A DNA stretch of 62,175 nt from Flavobacteriales bacterium (GTDB lineage: Bacteria; Bacteroidota; Bacteroidia; NS11-12g; UBA955). This document shows positions 18,517 through 27,710 of this stretch, in pieces. The stretch lies in NCBI GenBank assembly GCA_002737625.1, contig NSIB01000001.1, forward strand, positions 1 through 62,175. Reading direction: 5' to 3'. How positions within the stretch are numbered: the first letter of the stretch is position 1; each line of letters begins with the position of its first letter. The notes under the pieces are model-generated. The model was not told the origin of the DNA. It saw only the letters and a list, made by a program, of their open reading frames with translations, and ran no database searches. Made by a program: the position numbers and the translations under genes.

Positions 18517-21500
18517 ATGCGTTTTCCTATTCCAGCCAATACGATTTCAAGGTTTTTATTGATCTGTCTATCCGTTTTATTCTCAGTTTCTACAAATGCT
18601 CAAGGAGAGAACAATCCGCCTGCGGGCAGAGGCGGTGAAGGCGTTGGAGGGCGAAGTGGGGGCCGTGGAGGATTTCGAGTAACTGGAAATGGAAAAGTGA
18701 TTGGATCGAGCGGAAATCCAATATCCGCGGCCACTGTTACCATTTTATATCCAAAAAGCATCGAACAGATTGAAAAATCCAATGCCAACAATTTTTCCTG
18801 GGCTGATACGATCAACTTTAAACGAAAAAAGTCAACGATTACAAACGAACAAGGTCAATATCAAATCAATGTCAACCTTAGAGCCTTTGCACCCGAAGGC
18901 AGCGATTTCTCTTGGATGATTGGCGAACTGCAAAATCCAAATTCCAAAGCGTTCTATTTCTTATTGGTGGCCCAACAAAATGATGGAAAAATCACAAGTC
19001 AGTGGCTTAATCTGATGAGTTTGGTAAATCTGAAGCAAATGCCCCCACCCGAAGGCGGCTTTGAATTCAATATTCCCGACATAATTTTGTTGAACAAAGA
19101 GGAATCGATGAGTGCTGTGGAAATCAAAACCCAAGCGGTGTTGGTAAAAGGCGACACGACCGAAATCAACGCAAACAACTTTAAGGTAAATCCAGATGCA
19201 ACAGCGGAAGACCTTGTCGGGAAAATGCCTGGCGTGAGTTCATCAAACGGACAAATTCAGGCACAAGGTGAGACGGTAAAAAAAGTATTGGTGGACGGAA
19301 AGCCCTTTTTTGGCGAGGACCCCAATGCAGCCTTAAAAAATCTGCCCGCAGAAGTGGTTGGGAAAATCCAAATTTATGATGCAAAATCTGAACAGAGCTT
19401 ATTCTCTGGGATTGATGATGGGAATACTACGAAGACGATGAATATCATCACCAAAAGTCAGTTCAGAAATGGCCTATTTGGTCGGGGTTTCGCTGGCATT
19501 GGTCAATCCATCGAAGGAACGGGCGACCAGACGAAATACAAAGGCGGAATTACAATCAATTCGTTCCACGGCAACCGCAGACTCACGTTTTTAAGCCAAA
19601 TCAACAACATCAATGAGCAGAATTTTTCATTTGAAGATTTGGTAGGTAGCATGGGCGGAGGCGGAACTCGCGGTGGTGGAATGGGTGGAATGGGAAGTCG
19701 TGGCGGCATGGGAGGCGGAAGCAATTTCTTCACAGGTAACCAAAGTGGAATCACAACAACCCGAGCGATTGGCTTGAATTACGGTAACCAATGGGGTAAG
19801 AATGTAGAACTAAGCGGTAGTTATTTTTTGACCTCAACCGCTAATATCAATAGCACTGAGACAAATCGTAATTACATAGTGGGCGACCCAGTAAATGGGG
19901 CACTCAATTATGCAGAAACCAACCCAAGCAATACAGACAATTTAAGTCATCGCGCAAATTTCCGCTTGAATTGGAAATTGGATTCAACCAACTCTTTGTT
20001 GATTGAGCCAAAGATTTCTTTGCAGCAAAATACCAGTGAAAACCCCCTATCGGCAAACACAATCAATGGTTTGGGCGAAATGATTTCTAGATTATCGAAT
20101 TTCACAAACACACAGACCGATGGGTATAGGGCATCGAGTAATATTTTGTATCGACATTCATTCAAAAAGAAAGGGCGCACTTTTTCTACTGAAATCAATC
20201 CAGGGATAAACGGACAAGTAGGAAATACGATTTTGGCCAACTCAAATTATTTCATTTCCGATACTACTTCTCGAGATCAAAAAACAGATCTTGTGAAAAA
20301 CACCAATACTTTTAGTGGGAACATAACATTGACCGAATCATTGGATTCCAACAATTTCATAGCGGCTACGGTTTCTACCAACATCAATCAGAATAACAAT
20401 GATCGATTGGCGTATTTAAAGGATGCGGCCACATTAGGATATACCAGATTAGATACTTTTTTCTCTAGCAAATTCATCAATGGATATTCCCAGCACAAAG
20501 TGGGTGTTAGCTACCGATATCAAACGTATAAATGGAACATTACCACAAGTTTGGACGGTCAGTTGGCGTTGTTAGACGGACAGCAGTCGATGCCAAAAAA
20601 TAGTGATTTATCGAGGCAGTTTACTTCCCTATTGCCCAGTTTTCAGGCTCGATATAATTTGGGAATGAAACGCAATTTACGGATGAATTACAACACATCA
20701 AATAATGCGCCTTCCATTGATCAGTTGCAACCGGTTGTTAACAATAATAACACCATGCAGTTGAGTTCTGGCAATCCACTGCTGGTTCAAGACTATCAGC
20801 ATAGCTTATTTTTACGATATTTCTCTGTCACTCCCGAAACAGGAAAAAACGTATTCTGGATGATTAATAGTCAATACAGCAACAATTATATCAGCAATAA
20901 AACCATTCTTGGCGGCAGAGACGCAAAATGGATTTTGATGGATTCTAATATTTTCAAAGGTCCTCAAGCCGGCAGCGGTAGTTATTCAGGATCGGACAGT
21001 GTATTCCTCTCTCCTGGTGGTCAAATCACTATTCCAGTGAACGTAAATGGTTACTATTCACTTCGATTGTTCGGATCATGGGGCAAAACCATCAAAAAAA
21101 TCAATGTCAATACGAATGCTGGGATTACTACATCGCACATTCCCAGTATGATTCAAATGGGCAACTCAAAAGCGATTGTGAATTACGCAACCAACCCCTC
21201 CGTATCAGCAGGTTTGGTTTTGGCGAGTAATATTTCAGAAAAATTGGATTTTACGGTTTCTGGGAACGGTGCTTACAGCCAGGTTATCAATAGCATTCAA
21301 AAAACCAACAACCAGACGTATATCAATTACAACAGTCGCTTCATGATCAATTTCATGCCAACGAAAAAATGGGTCATCAATTCGGATGTCACCTACCAAG
21401 CTTACCAAGGATTATCGAGCAGTTTTAATCAAAAATACTATTTATGGAACGCGGGTTTGGGGTATAAATTCATGAAAGGAAATGCCGGGGAATTGCGATT

Positions 21501-21729
21501 AACCGCCTACGATATGTTAAATCAAAACCGAAGCATTCAAAGAAACGTGACCCAAACGTATTACGAAGACGTAAAAACCAAAGTATTAACTCGTTATTTG
21601 ATGATTACCTTCACTTATAAGCTGCGCAAATTTAATGGAAAGGGCGAAGATGGAAAAGACATGAAGATGTTCTTCCCCGGCGGTATGCCGCCTCCAGGAA
21701 TGCCAGGACATGGTACGCCAGGTCGTTAA
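18517..21729 (+). CDS. outer-membrane beta-barrel/TonB-dependent-receptor-like protein with Gly-rich low-complexity segments
   Basis: 1070 aa with a signal peptide. Plug-like block LVGKMPGVSSSNGQIQAQGETVKKVLVDGKPFFGEDPNAALKNLPAEVVGKIQIYD, and a long beta-barrel ending in ...MITFTYKLRKF. Gly-rich inserts are present. Confidence 0.7.
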   Translation: MRFPIPANTISRFLLICLSVLFSVSTNAQGENNPPAGRGGEGVGGRSGGRGGFRVTGNGKVIGSSGNPISAATVTILYPKSIEQIEKSNANNFSWADTINFKRKKSTITNEQGQYQINVNLRAFAPEGSDFSWMIGELQNPNSKAFYFLLVAQQNDGKITSQWLNLMSLVNLKQMPPPEGGFEFNIPDIILLNKEESMSAVEIKTQAVLVKGDTTEINANNFKVNPDATAEDLVGKMPGVSSSNGQIQAQGETVKKVLVDGKPFFGEDPNAALKNLPAEVVGKIQIYDAKSEQSLFSGIDDGNTTKTMNIITKSQFRNGLFGRGFAGIGQSIEGTGDQTKYKGGITINSFHGNRRLTFLSQINNINEQNFSFEDLVGSMGGGGTRGGGMGGMGSRGGMGGGSNFFTGNQSGITTTRAIGLNYGNQWGKNVELSGSYFLTSTANINSTETNRNYIVGDPVNGALNYAETNPSNTDNLSHRANFRLNWKLDSTNSLLIEPKISLQQNTSENPLSANTINGLGEMISRLSNFTNTQTDGYRASSNILYRHSFKKKGRTFSTEINPGINGQVGNTILANSNYFISDTTSRDQKTDLVKNTNTFSGNITLTESLDSNNFIAATVSTNINQNNNDRLAYLKDAATLGYTRLDTFFSSKFINGYSQHKVGVSYRYQTYKWNITTSLDGQLALLDGQQSMPKNSDLSRQFTSLLPSFQARYNLGMKRNLRMNYNTSNNAPSIDQLQPVVNNNNTMQLSSGNPLLVQDYQHSLFLRYFSVTPETGKNVFWMINSQYSNNYISNKTILGGRDAKWILMDSNIFKGPQAGSGSYSGSDSVFLSPGGQITIPVNVNGYYSLRLFGSWGKTIKKINVNTNAGITTSHIPSMIQMGNSKAIVNYATNPSVSAGLVLASNISEKLDFTVSGNGAYSQVINSIQKTNNQTYINYNSRFMINFMPTKKWVINSDVTYQAYQGLSSSFNQKYYLWNAGLGYKFMKGNAGELRLTAYDMLNQNRSIQRNVTQTYYEDVKTKVLTRYLMITFTYKLRKFNGKGEDGKDMKMFFPGGMPPPGMPGHGTPGR

Positions 21730-21760
21730 GGCATGATTTTCTTCACCAATCCCTATCGCC

Positions 21761-24370
21761 TTATTCGATAACTTGGAATTGTTTATAAACAACAGCGCCA
21801 GAAATTGTTGTAAACGATATCAAATATTGTCCTTGTGAGATTGAAAGAGAGAACGAACCAACATTGGACGGTGTGATAAATGCAAAATCCTGAATTCTTT
21901 TTCCAATTGGATCCATGATGATATAGGATTGGATGGCTACATTGCTTTTAAATTCCATCGTTGCACCCATTTTCTGTGGGTTGGGATATAATTTCAAATC
22001 AACAGCTGAGATCGACCTTGTATTTCCAATAATTTCAATTGGCAATTTCGCGCTGTCCAGGTTACTGCAAGAATCACCCGATAGTTGAATTTGGTGGTAC
22101 ATTGTAATGCCCTCGGATATCATTCTGAAGGGATATGTGTTTAGCAAAGGATTTTGACTTGTACTTACCCATCCCGGTGATTGCGTAATATACCAACTGT
22201 GCCGTCCAGAAATTACTTTGGGCGAAAATTGGTAGAAAGTAGTATCACCCGTTTTACTGGATGAATAAGTAAATGAAGGATTGGGTTTGGCGTTCAAACG
22301 CACGGTTTTTATAGAAGAGTTCACATTACAACCCAAGGGAGAAGTAGCATAGAACCGAATAGAATCTCCATTGGCAATTGACAGCTTACCCAACTTTAAT
22401 GTTTTATCAAGAGGAATCTTATTTTTATTGACTTTGGCTCCTACTATGCTCACATCTCCACTATAATCAAATCCAAATTTGATAACACTCGCACAGGTGT
22501 TAATGGTAGATGACGAATCCAATGTAGTTGTGATTGCGCCAATGCTATCGGCCAACAAGTTATATGATTTTTTAAATGTGCCACAAACAAGTTGATTGGA
22601 ATCAAGTAACTCAAAATTCAAAGGTGTTAGTTTGTTTTTTATGGAAATACTAAAATCGGATTTCATGCCTTGCGAATTTCCGTTTAACCAAACACCATAT
22701 TTGCTAGGTAAATTACTCAATGAAACCGTTTGGTTTTGTCCTACACAATTTGCAGTTCCATTGGTAGCGATGAGGTATTTTACTTCCTGACAAGCATTTG
22801 TGTAGGAAGAAAAGGCAGCGGTCGGACTCACTCCACAATCGGTATTAACCGTGAATCGAACCCATAATTTTAGTAAAGAATAGGCATTGGCTGCAGAAAT
22901 ATTATAAAAAGTATCCTTCCCACTATTCCCTGTTTTTGTCCAGGTTTTGCCACTATCCTTACTGACTTCATATTGAATGGCCGAAGTTTGTGCGAACCAT
23001 CGAAAGGTGACTGACGTAAGAGATAAATCAAAAGGTGCCGCAAGTACTTTAAAAGACGAATCAGCAACAACGTACGACTTCTTTACGGCGGAACTAACAC
23101 AGCCATTGGCAGATTTGGAATACACGTTGATGAATGTATTGCCCGATTTGGCCGACAACGATATCATAGAATCGGTTTTAAATGGCCCTTTGACATTGGT
23201 TCCAAAGGAATCGGCAAAACTACCTTTGGCTTTCAAGATGATGAGGCTTCCCACGCAATACGCAGATTTTGAAGGAGTAAATTCCGCGCTAATGGTGGGA
23301 CGTTTTTTGATACTCAACCGAATGGTATCGCTGTAAGTAATACAACCAATTTTGTTTTTCGACTCGCTAAAATACATGCCCGAGTCCTTTACAAATAGTG
23401 ATAATTTGGAATTATTTACTGGGAGCCATCGCTGGGTATAACCCAAAGCGGATTGAGAAATGGCAGTGATTTTTAGGGAATCGCCTGAACAGACATAATT
23501 TAATCCCGTAGGCGATACTTTGGATTTTATAGGCGAATCATTGACCGTATATGTTAGTTTAACAGTATTAGACTCCCCGAAGGAATTATAAGCCTTAAAG
23601 TAAATTACATTTTTCACACTCCCCGCCAATTGGGAAAGCGTAGGATTTTGCTTATTGGATAAGAGTGTATATTTTCCTGCTGCATCAAACGTAAACCACT
23701 CAAACGAGGTTGGACTATTGTTTGCTGAACCGGCAAAACGAAAAGCATTGGCACAAGCGGGTGTATCCACTAGCCTTGCAGAAGCCACCGGCAATTTTGA
23801 ACTTTGAGAAACCTTAATTGATTTGCCATAAATCACATCACCAGAATTACTTCCGTTTCCATTGGCTGCATTCACATTAACGTAAAATACAACACCACCC
23901 ATATTCTTGCTCGGTGCTTTCCACTTAAATACCCAAGAGGTGCTGTCTGTACCCACCTTGGCATTGCCGGTGGCAGTATGTTCGATATAGTTCCGTGTTA
24001 GTCCACTAACAGTACCTGAATTTTTCTGGGTTCTTGCATCAGTAGTGGCAAAAGTGCCTGCGGCTTTTGAACTGTCCGAACTTAACGTTGTTAACTGAAA
24101 CCCAAATGTAGAAATCCCTGTTTCCGCATACGTTAGAGTAATTGTATACGTTGAATCCATCAAATAGCCTGTTGAGGGGATATTACTACCCATTCTAACT
24201 CGATTCCATTTGCTTCCACTTGTAACCAGTGAAGTACCGGAATGGCAGCTAGTACAGTTGTTTTCATTTGGCGCACCCGTATAACCTGAAGATGGCCCTG
24301 AAGCATTTGAAACAACATTTCCAATCAAGAATATGGCCAAAGAAGCCAAGAAAATTTTTATAAAGCGCAT
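21761..24370 (-). CDS. T9SS C-terminal-sorting-domain cargo protein (N-terminal Reeler-like beta-sandwich with a CxxCH-containing motif, then Cys-containing Ig-like repeats)
   Basis: The C-terminus LKLYPNPQKMGATMEF...VVYKQFQVIE fits the type A T9SS sorting domain. Signal peptide MRFIKIFLASLAIFLIGNVVSNA (start trimmed to ATG 24370). The N-terminal motif is GYTGAPNENNCTSCHSG, followed by FGFQ...WVFKWKAP...VVFYVNVNAANGNG. Confidence 0.75.
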   Translation of the reverse strand: MRFIKIFLASLAIFLIGNVVSNASGPSSGYTGAPNENNCTSCHSGTSLVTSGSKWNRVRMGSNIPSTGYLMDSTYTITLTYAETGISTFGFQLTTLSSDSSKAAGTFATTDARTQKNSGTVSGLTRNYIEHTATGNAKVGTDSTSWVFKWKAPSKNMGGVVFYVNVNAANGNGSNSGDVIYGKSIKVSQSSKLPVASARLVDTPACANAFRFAGSANNSPTSFEWFTFDAAGKYTLLSNKQNPTLSQLAGSVKNVIYFKAYNSFGESNTVKLTYTVNDSPIKSKVSPTGLNYVCSGDSLKITAISQSALGYTQRWLPVNNSKLSLFVKDSGMYFSESKNKIGCITYSDTIRLSIKKRPTISAEFTPSKSAYCVGSLIILKAKGSFADSFGTNVKGPFKTDSMISLSAKSGNTFINVYSKSANGCVSSAVKKSYVVADSSFKVLAAPFDLSLTSVTFRWFAQTSAIQYEVSKDSGKTWTKTGNSGKDTFYNISAANAYSLLKLWVRFTVNTDCGVSPTAAFSSYTNACQEVKYLIATNGTANCVGQNQTVSLSNLPSKYGVWLNGNSQGMKSDFSISIKNKLTPLNFELLDSNQLVCGTFKKSYNLLADSIGAITTTLDSSSTINTCASVIKFGFDYSGDVSIVGAKVNKNKIPLDKTLKLGKLSIANGDSIRFYATSPLGCNVNSSIKTVRLNAKPNPSFTYSSSKTGDTTFYQFSPKVISGRHSWYITQSPGWVSTSQNPLLNTYPFRMISEGITMYHQIQLSGDSCSNLDSAKLPIEIIGNTRSISAVDLKLYPNPQKMGATMEFKSNVAIQSYIIMDPIGKRIQDFAFITPSNVGSFSLSISQGQYLISFTTISGAVVYKQFQVIE

Positions 24371-24636
24371 TGCCAAATATCGTGATTTTTTTAAAAAAAT
24401 TGCCGCAATGTGAATTATCATTGTCGCGAAAAATTTTTATCCACAAAAAAACACTAATCAACCCCCCTTGAAAGAACCCAAGGAGGTTGATTATATTATA
24501 ATAAAGGTGAACATATTGTTAATTAGTGTCTTTATGACACTATTAAAACAGTGGGATTTTTTTCGATTAAAGAATGCACTAATCATTAAATAACACAAAA
24601 AATATATTAAGGTTGCAGTTCAAACCAATTAAAATT

Positions 24637-27600
24637 ATGAAAAGAAAACTTTTAGTAATTGTCATGATGGGGATTTGCGGCTTTCCGATTGCGAAAGCAC
24701 AGACCTCCAGTTCAGCTGGACAGCAGGACAACGACACACTCAATGTTGGAATGGTTACAGTCACCGCTTTGGGAACAACAACAAATGTTCGAAAAATCGG
24801 TTATTCTGTATCCCAAGTCCAAGGAAAAAACCTAGTTTCCTCAGGGGAAAGCGGTATAATCCAAGCATTAACAGGAAAAGCATCAAACGTTCAAATCACA
24901 AAGAACTCTGGTGATCCGGGCTCTGGTGCTTACATTCAAATCCGCGGACAAAACACAATCTCGGGAAGTACACAACCATTGATTGTAGTAGACGGAATTC
25001 CTGTAAGTAACTCGAGTTTTGGTGGGGGAACAGATGGTGTAGTTCAACAATCTCGATTAAATGACATAAACCCATCCGACATTGAATCTATGATAGTACT
25101 CAAAGATGCAGCAGCAGCAGCAGTTTGGGGTACTCGTGGCGCCAATGGCGTAATTGTGATTACTACCAAAAAGGGCAAACGAGGCATGAAAGTAGAATTT
25201 TCTTCTACTTTGGGTATCGACCAAGTAAACCGTGAATACGAAAAGCAAGGCAAATTTGGCCAAGGCTCTAATGGGAAATGGGTTGCGAATACCGGTGGTA
25301 GTTTTGGCGATAGAATTGCATCGCGTTCTGGTTCAGATTCATTTATTATGTCTGGTCAGAGATTCGAGGCTGAAAATGGTAACATTTACCTCCCCATCCG
25401 AAAAAAGGGTGATCAAACAGTTTACAACGACATTAACCGCGACCAAGTTTTCCGCAACGGAACTACTTGGAACAACAACTTATCGATTTCAAATGCTACA
25501 GATAAAAGTTCTGTATTTTTTAGCGTTGCTGATTGGAATCAAACAGGTGTTATCAATGGAAACTCGAACTATAGAAGAACATCAGCTCGTTTGAATTTCA
25601 CACAGAACATGAGCGACAAACTAACCATTGGTTTTAACTCCACTTTGGCAAAAGTAACATCAAACAGAATTCAAATGGGTTCTAACTTAGATGGTCTATA
25701 CTTGGGATATTTACGTACATCTCCAGATTTTAACAACACCGATTATAAGGGAACTTACTATTCTGCGGCTGGTGTACCTACTTTCAATGCGCACAGAGGT
25801 TATCGCAGATACTTAGGAAATGCTGTTCCAACGTACAACAACCCAGGATGGACAATCAACGAACAGAAAAACACTTCTGATGTAATGCGTGTGATGATTA
25901 CTCCTGAAGTTGGATATCAGTGGAAGAAAAATTCTAAATTTATTGCTCGTGCAGGATACGACATGTCAACTGACCGCAGAATCACTTATTTCCCAGTAAA
26001 TTCAGCCGGTAGTTATGCAAATGGTGCCTTTACCGACCAAATGATTCAAGAATCTGAAATGAGCATGCATTTTATCAATCAAAGCAATTTTGAATTGAAT
26101 AAAAACATCAATTTGAATACTACGGTTGGATATTTATATACGAATAGCAGCTTATACAGTATTGGTGGATCGGCATCTCAGTTTATCATTCGCGACCAAG
26201 ACCGTTTCTCATTCATCAACTCAACCAGTGCCAATATGGATCCGTTCAATTCTTACTCTCAAATTAAGAATAATCGTGCATACGCAGTATTGGATTTTGA
26301 TGTACAAGACAAGTTGTTTTTGCAGTTAACAACTTCATCTGAAGCATCTTCTACATATAAGAATCGCTTTTTATCTCCAAGTGCAACTTTGGCATATGAA
26401 TTCACAAAAGACTTCTTAAAAAGTGATAAGCTTTCTTACGGAAAATTGCGTGCCTCTGCAGGTCGCGTAGGAATTAGTCCTCCAGCCTACATTTGGAATA
26501 CGAATTATGTAAGTGCCAGTTCTGGAGGTGGTTGGGGTGATTATTTGGATGCTTCTCAGTTTGGAGGTTCAATTTATCGCAGTTCAACACAAGGTAATCC
26601 TGATATCAAGCCTGAAATGAAAACAGAGATGGAGATTGGTGGTGATTTCAGATTCCTCAAAGACAAAGTCTCATTGGGATTAAGCTATTATAGTAACGTG
26701 ATTGATGGTGCTATTTTAGCAGTAACAGTTGCCCCTTCTACGGGTTACGCAAACCAATGGAAAAATGCCGCAAACATCTCAAATCGCGGTTTCGAGGCTG
26801 ACTTAAGCGTTAATTTGATCAAAAACAAAGACGTTACTTTGAACTTATATGGTAACATAGGAATGAACCGAAATATGGTAAACGATATCGGTGGTGCAAA
26901 TTCAATTTTCTTAGCGGGTTTCACTGGAACTTCTTCTCGTGCCGTGAAAGGTTATGCGATGGGTTCTATGTGGGGAGGAAAGTGGTTGCGTGATGAAAGC
27001 GAAAAATTGGTATTGGATGCCAATGGATTCCCTCAAGCAGCTCCACAAGAAGGCGTGATTGGTAACCCCAACCCTACTTACCGTGGTTCTGTAGGATTGA
27101 ACGGTAATGTTAAACGCGTTGGATTCAACTTGTTGGTTGAAACTTGTCAAGGCAACCAAATGTGGGGTGGTACCTCTGCGGTATTGAACAACTTTGGTAT
27201 TACTCCAGAAACTGCAAATGAATTTACAGTATCTGCGGCTGAAGCAGCAACAATTAAAGACTACACGGGCGCTACAATCGCAGCTAGAGCGGCTACTGCT
27301 GGAAACGGTTCTGTTGTAACAAATACTGATGGAACCTATACTTGTCGTGGTAACCTTGAAGATTACGGCAACGGCAAAGTTTGGTTGAACCAATCTTGGT
27401 ACACTGGCTTAGGCGGTGGATTTGGATCTGTATCTGAATCTTTCATCAAAGACGCTTCATGGGTGCGCATTCGCGAACTCAGTGCTACTTATGCATTGCC
27501 TGATGGCTTGTGCAAAAGTTTGGGTGTACCAGGTGGAATTTCTATCGGGGTAACAGGACGTAACTTGGCTTTGTGGACCAAATTCCAAGGTGTTGATCCT

Positions 27601-27699
27601 GAAACAAACTTAACAGGTGTATCAAACGGACGTGGTTTGGATTATTTCAACAACCCAGGCACCAAATCTTACTTGTTTAATATCAAATTCAATCTTTAA
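24637..27699 (+). CDS. SusC/RagA family TonB-linked outer-membrane protein
   Basis: About 1020 aa. Signal peptide MKRKLLVIVMMGICGFPIAKAQ. Plug block ALTGKASNVQITKNSGDPGSGAYIQIRGQNTISGSTQPLIVVDGIP. Barrel ends in F...NIKFNL. Followed 11 nt later by a SusD-like gene. Confidence 0.9.
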   Translation: MKRKLLVIVMMGICGFPIAKAQTSSSAGQQDNDTLNVGMVTVTALGTTTNVRKIGYSVSQVQGKNLVSSGESGIIQALTGKASNVQITKNSGDPGSGAYIQIRGQNTISGSTQPLIVVDGIPVSNSSFGGGTDGVVQQSRLNDINPSDIESMIVLKDAAAAAVWGTRGANGVIVITTKKGKRGMKVEFSSTLGIDQVNREYEKQGKFGQGSNGKWVANTGGSFGDRIASRSGSDSFIMSGQRFEAENGNIYLPIRKKGDQTVYNDINRDQVFRNGTTWNNNLSISNATDKSSVFFSVADWNQTGVINGNSNYRRTSARLNFTQNMSDKLTIGFNSTLAKVTSNRIQMGSNLDGLYLGYLRTSPDFNNTDYKGTYYSAAGVPTFNAHRGYRRYLGNAVPTYNNPGWTINEQKNTSDVMRVMITPEVGYQWKKNSKFIARAGYDMSTDRRITYFPVNSAGSYANGAFTDQMIQESEMSMHFINQSNFELNKNINLNTTVGYLYTNSSLYSIGGSASQFIIRDQDRFSFINSTSANMDPFNSYSQIKNNRAYAVLDFDVQDKLFLQLTTSSEASSTYKNRFLSPSATLAYEFTKDFLKSDKLSYGKLRASAGRVGISPPAYIWNTNYVSASSGGGWGDYLDASQFGGSIYRSSTQGNPDIKPEMKTEMEIGGDFRFLKDKVSLGLSYYSNVIDGAILAVTVAPSTGYANQWKNAANISNRGFEADLSVNLIKNKDVTLNLYGNIGMNRNMVNDIGGANSIFLAGFTGTSSRAVKGYAMGSMWGGKWLRDESEKLVLDANGFPQAAPQEGVIGNPNPTYRGSVGLNGNVKRVGFNLLVETCQGNQMWGGTSAVLNNFGITPETANEFTVSAAEAATIKDYTGATIAARAATAGNGSVVTNTDGTYTCRGNLEDYGNGKVWLNQSWYTGLGGGFGSVSESFIKDASWVRIRELSATYALPDGLCKSLGVPGGISIGVTGRNLALWTKFQGVDPETNLTGVSNGRGLDYFNNPGTKSYLFNIKFNL

Positions 27700-27710
27700 T
27701 AATTACGAAC

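Noticed and set aside
24242-24256. CTSCH (CxxCH) in the T9SS cargo as evidence for a c-type cytochrome
   Set aside because: The motif is part of a conserved GYTGAP...C..CH lead-in to a Reeler-like domain in secreted Bacteroidota proteins. I have no evidence for covalent haem attachment, and a 5-residue pattern alone is too weak. I mention it only as a feature of the domain.
24535-24594. 19-codon uORF MTLLKQWDFFRLKNALIIK in the susC leader
   Set aside because: Short ORFs of this size are expected by chance in AT-rich DNA, and I have no conservation or ribosome-binding evidence. It is mentioned under the palindrome finding only.
24421-24636. Cobalamin or other known riboswitch upstream of susC
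   Set aside because: I could not find a B12-box-like GCCACTG core or other riboswitch hallmarks, only two simple palindromes, which are reported separately.
26911-27393. 160-aa minus-strand ORF inside susC
   Set aside because: It is antisense to a clear SusC barrel region, Cys/Ser-rich, and without features.
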